Of a stretch of 64,000 nucleotides of DNA, positions 57,548-64,000 are shown piece by piece. A program made the translations under genes and the position numbers. The DNA is taken from the NCBI GenBank assembly GCA_964540055.1, contig CAZILC010000003.1, forward strand, positions 21,599 to 85,598. Direction: 5' to 3'. The stretch's first letter is position 1. Each line of letters starts with the position of its first letter. Source of the stretch: an uncultured Gammaproteobacteria bacterium (lineage in GTDB: Bacteria > Patescibacteriota > Microgenomatia > Levybacterales > UBA12049). The notes beneath the pieces were generated by a model. The model made no database searches, was not told where the DNA came from, and saw nothing but the letters and a program-made list of their open reading frames with translations.

Positions 57548-59875
57548 ATGGATTACAGATCAACGCGCCGCCCGCGCACCAGAAGAAGGAAAAGTTTCTC
57601 CTCTTATGATGCGCGAAAGTTACTCACGTACAGTAATCTTTTGAAATATCTTTTTTTTGCCGTAATTGCTGGCATTCTTGTCCTTGTTGTCTTATTCTTC
57701 TGGTATAGCCGAGATTTGCCAACTCCGGGAAAACTTGTAACCTCAAAATATAAAGACGCGACAAGAATTTATGACAGAAATCATGTACTTCTCTACTCTG
57801 TTTATCAGGATGAAAACAGAACCTATGTCGGTATACCCATGATTCCCAAAAAATTGCAGCAGGCAACTATAGCTGTTGAAGATAAGAATTTTTATTCAAA
57901 TAGTGGTTTTCAACTGACAGGTATGCTTCGTGCTATTAAAAATATGGCGTTGGGACAAGGTTTACAAAGTGGATCAACGATTACCCAACAGCTTGTAAAA
58001 AATGTACTTCTCTCCAATCAACAAACCATCGGGCGTAAAATCAAAGAGCTCATCTTATCCGTTCAAGTCGATAAGAAATACACGAAAGATCAAATTTTGG
58101 AAATGTATTTAAATAATATTCCATACGGCGGCACAGCAATTGGCGTTGAGGCTGCTTCGGAATTGTACTTCAACAAGAATGTACAGCAATTGGATCTTGC
58201 GCAGTCTGCATTTCTTGCAGGACTTCCCCAAAGCCCGTCACTCTATTCCCCATTCAGCGGCAATAAATATTATCTTGATAGAACTAAAGAAGTACTTCAC
58301 GCGATGGTAGCAAATGGCTACACAACGCAAAAAGACGCAGATAGTGCATATAAAGAAATCCAGAATTATCATTTTTCACAAAACAATACGCATATTAAAG
58401 CGGCCTATTTTGTAATGTATGTTAGAGAGCTTCTCTCGGAAAAATTCGGTGAGCAGGCAGTGACGAGTGGCGGACTGCAGGTAACCACATCGCTTGATTA
58501 TGATATACAGAAAAAAGCCGAAGATATCGTCAAATCTGAAATTGATGGCTTAAAGGAATACCATGTCGGAAATGGCGCCGCAATTGTTACCAATCCGAAA
58601 ACCGGTGAAATTTTGGCTTTTGTCGGCGGTAAAGATTATTTTGGCAATTCGACTCCTGATAAATGCACGCCGGGGAAAGATTGTACGTTTGAGCCAAATG
58701 TTGATGCGGCACTCTCAGCAAGACAACCAGGATCATCTCTCAAGCCTGTCATCTATGCAACAGCCTTTGAACATGGTTATACGCCGGCCTCGATGGTCAT
58801 GGATGTTCAGACGAATTTCAAAGCGCAAAGTTCGGATCCTGATTATATCCCGGTAAATTATGATGGGAAATGGCATGGATTAGTTCAGTTGCGATTTGCT
58901 CTGGGGAATTCTCTTAACGTTCCCGCTGTTAAAACACTGGCAAAAGTTGGAATCAAACCGGTCATGCAGCAAGGTTATGATATGGGCATAACGAATTGGC
59001 AGCCAACACCGGTAAATCTTGCAAGTGTCGGGTATTCACTTGTTCTTGGAGGACGCGAAACTACGCTTCTTGATGAGTCAACTGCTTATGGTGTTTTTGC
59101 CAACGAAGGGATAAAGCAGGAGCCGGTTTCCATTCTCAAAGTCACTGATAGTCAAGGAAATGTACTCTATGAAAATCATACGATACAAGGTCCACGTGTT
59201 TTGCCCGTCAATGTTAGTTTTCTTATTTCCCATATTCTTTCAGACAACAATGCTCGCTCTATGGAATTTGGTCCAAGTTCATGGCTTGTGGTTCCCGGTC
59301 ATACAGTGTCTGTCAAAACCGGAACAACAGACCAAAAACGTGATAACTGGACAATCGGTTATACTCCAAATTATGTCGTTGGAGTTTGGGTCGGAAATGA
59401 TGATAATGAAGTTATGAATCAGGCAATTTCTTCAGGTATTACCGGCGCGTCACCTATCTGGAATAAAATTATGACTGCAGTTCTCAAAGGCCAACCCGAT
59501 TCACAGGAGCCAAAACCTGATGATGTGGATGCAATTCAAATTGATGCATTTGCAGGAGGCCTACCTCACGGCGGTCAGCCAACACGATCTGAATATTTCA
59601 TCAAAGGCACCGAGCCGACTGCCGAGTCACCTATTTATCAATCAAAGGACGGGAAAAATTATTTAGTACTTCGTGAGGACGATCCAATATCAACTGATGG
59701 CGTCAATCGTTGGCAGCAAGGAATTGATGATTGGATTTCTCAAAATCACGCAGGCGATGATATGTATCACCCGCCAGTTGAATTAATCCGTCAAGCAACA
59801 GGTGATCATTCATTGGATATCACAGCAACGCCGGGAAATGTGACCCCAACTCCTACACCAACGCCGACTCCTTAG
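57548..59875 (+). CDS. Class A penicillin-binding protein (bifunctional GT51 transglycosylase and transpeptidase).
   Basis: N-terminal TM; GT51 motifs EDKNFYSNSGF...GSTITQQLVKN...RKIKE; transpeptidase SSLKP (SxxK), SLN (SxN) and KTGTT. It has a Pro/Thr C-terminal tail. Confidence 0.92.
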   Translation: MDYRSTRRPRTRRRKSFSSYDARKLLTYSNLLKYLFFAVIAGILVLVVLFFWYSRDLPTPGKLVTSKYKDATRIYDRNHVLLYSVYQDENRTYVGIPMIPKKLQQATIAVEDKNFYSNSGFQLTGMLRAIKNMALGQGLQSGSTITQQLVKNVLLSNQQTIGRKIKELILSVQVDKKYTKDQILEMYLNNIPYGGTAIGVEAASELYFNKNVQQLDLAQSAFLAGLPQSPSLYSPFSGNKYYLDRTKEVLHAMVANGYTTQKDADSAYKEIQNYHFSQNNTHIKAAYFVMYVRELLSEKFGEQAVTSGGLQVTTSLDYDIQKKAEDIVKSEIDGLKEYHVGNGAAIVTNPKTGEILAFVGGKDYFGNSTPDKCTPGKDCTFEPNVDAALSARQPGSSLKPVIYATAFEHGYTPASMVMDVQTNFKAQSSDPDYIPVNYDGKWHGLVQLRFALGNSLNVPAVKTLAKVGIKPVMQQGYDMGITNWQPTPVNLASVGYSLVLGGRETTLLDESTAYGVFANEGIKQEPVSILKVTDSQGNVLYENHTIQGPRVLPVNVSFLISHILSDNNARSMEFGPSSWLVVPGHTVSVKTGTTDQKRDNWTIGYTPNYVVGVWVGNDDNEVMNQAISSGITGASPIWNKIMTAVLKGQPDSQEPKPDDVDAIQIDAFAGGLPHGGQPTRSEYFIKGTEPTAESPIYQSKDGKNYLVLREDDPISTDGVNRWQQGIDDWISQNHAGDDMYHPPVELIRQATGDHSLDITATPGNVTPTPTPTPTP

Positions 59876-59932
59876 TCGACACACGTTTCTGTATATTGAA
59901 AACTATCCGTATATATGGAATAGTTTAGTCAG

Positions 59933-60370
59933 ATGAAAAAATTTATTTCCAAACATATAACTTTTATTATTGCTAGTATCATAGCTATTATTGTTTTAGT
60001 AAATATTCCCTTCATTCTAATAGATACTTCTAAATCGGGTACAGGAATCAGTACTTGTCCGGCTTCTAATCCGTTTTGGAAATTATGTAATTTGACTGTG
60101 CCAGTTTCTTTAGTAAGTTATATACAAGATCGTGAACCAATTATTTCAATAAATTGGAAAATTCCCGTTATTTGGTTCCTTATCATTTTTGGAGCAATTT
60201 ATGGAGATTCGAAATTAATTAATTATATTATTAAATACCCAAGGAAAAAACATTCAATTGTATTATTAGTATTAAAAACTTTAGCAATTGCCGCAGTATT
60301 TTATCTTACAATTATTGGAATAAATACTATTCTTAATTTTTATTATCTATCTTTATTTCCGCTATTTTAA
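59933..60370 (+). CDS. Hypothetical small polytopic membrane protein.
   Basis: ORF track; 3-4 hydrophobic helices; very AT-rich. Confidence 0.35.
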   Translation: MKKFISKHITFIIASIIAIIVLVNIPFILIDTSKSGTGISTCPASNPFWKLCNLTVPVSLVSYIQDREPIISINWKIPVIWFLIIFGAIYGDSKLINYIIKYPRKKHSIVLLVLKTLAIAAVFYLTIIGINTILNFYYLSLFPLF

Positions 60371-60459
60371 TTAGGCGTACAAATAGTTCTAACTCAAATG
60401 ATTTTTTATGTAATTCATTACTGTGTCTTTATAGCAACGTATTGTGATATTTAATGATA

Positions 60460-62442
60460 TTACCCTTTTAAATTGGCATTGAATTTTCCCTTGAGGACTT
60501 TGAGGATTTTTTCTCGGATTTCTCCTACTTCTTTATCACTCAAATTCTTATCATCACTTTGATAAACAATATGAAATGTTCTGGTTTCATGATATTTATC
60601 AAGTAAAGAAACCTCACGAATTAAAATGCTTTGCTTTTGTATTTCTTCCACAAGTTCTCCCGTTTGAACATTTGCAGGTGCAATAATTGCCAAGTCTTCA
60701 ACTATTGGTGGATATTTGCTTATTGTTTTGAAAACTTTTTTCAGCGTTGCATGCTGCAATATTGTTTGAAGATTTATTTCAAATGCCAACGTGTTATCTT
60801 TAATAACTTTAACAACTCCAACTGATATTTTTTTATTTTCTTCGGTAAGAGAAATCTGTATATCTCCAGTATCTAAGTTTGAAAATTCCAGATTTGAGAT
60901 ACCAATATCAGTTAATAATTCTACAAGTACTCTTTTTATTTCATAGAATATTTTCTCAGTTTTTTTAGTATCTTTTATTACACCAGCAAGCATTAAAATC
61001 TGATCCGGCAAATTGTTTCCCTTTTTGAGATAAACATTACCAACTTCAAAAATTTTGACTTTTTCATAATCCTTATTCGTATCAATAACTTCAACCAGAC
61101 TTGGAGTTAATGTAGCTCGCATATAAACCATATCGTCATTTAGAGGATTTTGAATTTTTACTCTTAAATTTTCGGCAACTACATTAGGATATAATGATTC
61201 TGAAACCATAGGATAGGTATACACTTCAGTGAATCCCCAATATTTAAGTGCGTCTTTTATTCTGTCTTCCCAATAAAATTCATTCTCTCCCAAATGCAAA
61301 AAGTTCGCTGTTGCCGTAGGTGGTAAGGTATCCGGGATATTCTCATATCCATAAACGCGTGCAATTTCTTCAATTAAGTCTTCAGGAATTTGCATATCAT
61401 CTCCGCTCTTGTACGGAGGTACTGTAACGATAAGGGTTTCGTTTTGTTGTTTTACACCAAAGCCCAAACTTGTTAGGATTTCAGTTGATTTCTTAAGAGG
61501 TACAGGAATTCCGATGACAGAATTAATTTTTGATTCCGTGAGTGTAATACTAGTTTCTTTTGGCCTTTTTGGATAAATATCATAAATTTCCGAAATAATT
61601 TTCCCGTCAGCTAAGGTTTGGAATAACGCAATTCCCCGCGCTAGTGCATCGCTTGCTATTTCTGGATTGATTCCTTTTTCATTCAGTATTACAGCTTCTG
61701 TGCGGATACCAGTTTCCATAGAAGTTTTTCTCAAGCGTGTTGGTTCAACATTGTCGATAAAAAAGAGGATTCGTTTTGTATCTTTCGTGACGACACTATT
61801 GGCAGTTCCCATGATGCTGATCAGATCAATAATTTCTCCTTTGCCATTATCAGCTACGATATCTCCACCTGTTAACGTATATTCTTTTTCATCAAGTGTT
61901 TTTATTTTTTCGCCTTTTTTTGATTCACGAATGTAGAGAGTATGATTGGATAATCTATCATAATCGAAAACATGTGTGGGATGTCCAATTTCACGCATTA
62001 CATAATTGGTAACATCAATGACATTGTTAAGACTTCTAATTCCTGATGCTTCTAATCTATCTTTAACTTTTTGGGGTGATTCTTTAATTTTTATTTCCAT
62101 GATGACTGCGCAAATTCTGTTAACGAGTTTTTCATCAAATTTCAAATGCAACTGCGGATTTTCTTTGGAGTTATTTTTTGGCAATTGCAGTTTGGGTTTA
62201 ATAAATGTTGCATCAATTCCTGATTGCGGAAGCACTGTTGCAGCCTCTTGTGCTATACCGACAACTGACATAAGATCCACTCGATTGGTAGTCACTTCAA
62301 TATCATAGACAAAATCATCTTTGAATTTTTCAAGTCGTTCAATTGAAACACTGGTGAGTGACAATTTTTCTGCAATTTTTTTCGGTGTTGCTGAAGTTTT
62401 TAGATATTCTCTAAGCCAACTGTCTAAAATTTTGATATTCAT
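60460..62442 (-). CDS. pheT: Phenylalanyl-tRNA synthetase beta subunit.
   Basis: MNIKILDSWLREYL, the B3/4 and B5 domains, 660 aa; sits directly after pheS. Confidence 0.93.
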   Translation of the reverse strand: MNIKILDSWLREYLKTSATPKKIAEKLSLTSVSIERLEKFKDDFVYDIEVTTNRVDLMSVVGIAQEAATVLPQSGIDATFIKPKLQLPKNNSKENPQLHLKFDEKLVNRICAVIMEIKIKESPQKVKDRLEASGIRSLNNVIDVTNYVMREIGHPTHVFDYDRLSNHTLYIRESKKGEKIKTLDEKEYTLTGGDIVADNGKGEIIDLISIMGTANSVVTKDTKRILFFIDNVEPTRLRKTSMETGIRTEAVILNEKGINPEIASDALARGIALFQTLADGKIISEIYDIYPKRPKETSITLTESKINSVIGIPVPLKKSTEILTSLGFGVKQQNETLIVTVPPYKSGDDMQIPEDLIEEIARVYGYENIPDTLPPTATANFLHLGENEFYWEDRIKDALKYWGFTEVYTYPMVSESLYPNVVAENLRVKIQNPLNDDMVYMRATLTPSLVEVIDTNKDYEKVKIFEVGNVYLKKGNNLPDQILMLAGVIKDTKKTEKIFYEIKRVLVELLTDIGISNLEFSNLDTGDIQISLTEENKKISVGVVKVIKDNTLAFEINLQTILQHATLKKVFKTISKYPPIVEDLAIIAPANVQTGELVEEIQKQSILIREVSLLDKYHETRTFHIVYQSDDKNLSDKEVGEIREKILKVLKGKFNANLKG

Positions 62443-62443
62443 A

Positions 62444-63481
62444 TTAAAATTGTTTTAAGAAATCCAAATCATTTGAATACAAAGTTCTCAGATCATCAAT
62501 TTTTATACCATCTTTCATCATAAGAACGCGCTCTACTCCCCAACCAAAAGCAAAGCCGGTGTATTTTTCAGGATCAACTTTGCCGGCTTTTAGTACATTT
62601 GGATGCACCATTCCTGCCCCGCCAAGTTCCAGCCACCCTTCTTTACAGAGGCGACATCCTTTTCCCAAACAAACTCCACAAGTAATGTCTACTTCAAAAG
62701 ACGGTTCGGTAAACTGAAAATGATACGGACGGATTCTGCTTTTGCGGTTTTCTCCGAAATATGATTTAACAAAATAATTCAGAGTTCCTTTCAGATCTGA
62801 AATCGCAATATTTTTTCCGACAACAAGTCCTTCGAATTGATGAAACATTGGGGTATGACTGACATCGGATTGCCGTCGATAGGTCTTGGCTATATTTAAC
62901 ATTTTAATTGGCAATTTGCCTTTTTCCATTTCGCGGACTTGTCCTGATGATGTGTGAGGTGTCAAAAGAACAGGACCTTTTTTTGGATCTGGATTTTGCT
63001 CAATAAAAAAAGTTTCCCAATCATCGCGCGCTGGATGATTTTGAGGAAAATTGAGTGATGTAAAAGCATACCAATCCCATTCAATTTCAGGATAACGGAC
63101 TCGAGTGAAGCCAATTTCGCTAAAAATTGCTGTAATTTCTCTTATTGTTTGAGTAACCAAATGCAGATGACCAAGTTGTTTATCCGTTTCATTAACCGGT
63201 TCAGTTACATCAAAATTTGGACGTACCTGTGATGACGTTTTATTTAACGACGCAAGACGAGTTCTAATTGTATCCTCAATAATATTTTTTACTTCATTTG
63301 TGAGACTTCCGATTTTTGGACGGTCTTCTTTCGCAACATTGCGAAGTTCTTTTAGTAATTGTGTGACTTCACCATTTCTACCAAGAAATTGAATTCTTAT
63401 TTCTTCGAGTTCTTTTGGAGATTTTGTCTCCAAAATTAAGGAGATTGCATTATTTTTTATTGCTATTAATTTCTCTTCCAT
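62444..63481 (-). CDS. pheS: Phenylalanyl-tRNA synthetase alpha subunit.
   Basis: Class II core motifs (FRPSYFPFTEPS-like YHFQFTEPSFEVD, GWLELGGAGMVHP); 345 aa. Confidence 0.93.
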   Translation of the reverse strand: MEEKLIAIKNNAISLILETKSPKELEEIRIQFLGRNGEVTQLLKELRNVAKEDRPKIGSLTNEVKNIIEDTIRTRLASLNKTSSQVRPNFDVTEPVNETDKQLGHLHLVTQTIREITAIFSEIGFTRVRYPEIEWDWYAFTSLNFPQNHPARDDWETFFIEQNPDPKKGPVLLTPHTSSGQVREMEKGKLPIKMLNIAKTYRRQSDVSHTPMFHQFEGLVVGKNIAISDLKGTLNYFVKSYFGENRKSRIRPYHFQFTEPSFEVDITCGVCLGKGCRLCKEGWLELGGAGMVHPNVLKAGKVDPEKYTGFAFGWGVERVLMMKDGIKIDDLRTLYSNDLDFLKQF

Positions 63482-63508
63482 ATTATGATTATACCATTGA
63501 AAAATATG

Positions 63509-64000
63509 TTATCTTCCTACTAAAAGAAAACTAGTATAATTTTCTTTCAAATCCTGTAAATTATCTTCTACAATATGTAAATTATATAATTCTGCAAGGA
63601 TTTTACTTCCCATCGTCGCAATATTTTTTGGCAGTTTCCCCTCTCCCAATTTCTGAGCAACTAAAGCATGATCAATCAATTCTCCCTCTCCTGATGTTTT
63701 TTCTAAATTTGGATATTTTTGTTCCAAAGTTTTTTTGCATTGAGCAAGACTTTGCGGATGCGTCATGATTGTTGTGATATCTTTAAGTGTTGCGTCTTTT
63801 CGAATCATTAATGCATGAGAAATAATAATTGCAAATTCCTCAATTATTGAGAATTTGTATTGTGCCATTGCTTCTACTGATTCCATAACGATTCCACCAA
63901 TTGAGTTATGTGTCGCAAAAAGTCCTTGATCGACATCACCTTCATGTAATGCTCGAAGAACATTTTTTGATGTGTGGAGATATTCGATTTTATAATTTTC
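63509..64000 (-). CDS. pheA: Prephenate dehydratase, with its 5' end outside the window. It appears to end without a C-terminal ACT domain.
   Basis: In-frame upstream extension ...LFATHNSIGGIVMESVEAM..., PDT motifs THPQSLAQC and NYTSFLLVGR, then a stop immediately after the PDT domain. Confidence 0.75.
   Translation of the reverse strand, partial: ENYKIEYLHTSKNVLRALHEGDVDQGLFATHNSIGGIVMESVEAMAQYKFSIIEEFAIIISHALMIRKDATLKDITTIMTHPQSLAQCKKTLEQKYPNLEKTSGEGELIDHALVAQKLGEGKLPKNIATMGSKILAELYNLHIVEDNLQDLKENYTSFLLVGR

Overview
This window is a low-GC (~40%), gene-dense bacterial chromosome segment. Its gene content resembles a reduced-genome Candidate Phyla Radiation / Patescibacteria-like organism, but that is inference from content, not a database hit. 

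What supports that: a complete secretin-less type IV pilus locus, a lipid-salvage-type gene cluster with no fatty-acid synthesis genes, and many secreted or anchored hypothetical proteins. 

Housekeeping genes I could call from motifs:
- folD, gyrA, ppa, gyrB
- rarA and a holB-like gene
- trmD, KH-domain protein, rpsP, rnc, nusB, rpmF
- recG, tyrS, a class A PBP, pheT, pheS, and a 5'-truncated pheA

Accessory content of interest:
1. Two adjacent paralogous giant proteins built from arrays of GntR-like winged-helix modules. One runs off the window start; I translated it by hand.
2. An HATPase_c_2 anti-sigma-factor-type kinase with neighbouring composition-atypical hypotheticals.
3. A DUF1206-PAP2-PAP2-DAGK-DAGK lipid-phosphate cluster.
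4. Two tandem diverged paralogs carrying a conserved 9-Cys secreted module, one ending in a dockerin.
5. A type IV pilus locus (pilB-pilT-pilC ... pilD, six pilins, pilMNO). It is split by a tandemly duplicated pair of amino-acid-type solute-binding protein plus Cache/HAMP histidine kinase, with an orphan CheY-like regulator.
6. A block of four Arg-rich-N-terminus hypothetical proteins around a cold-shock gene.
7. A roughly 450 bp ORF-free gap that may hold an ncRNA.

I found no CRISPR array, rRNA, tRNA or mobile element. All calls come from reading the six-frame translations and motifs by eye. No database search was possible, so family names are provisional.
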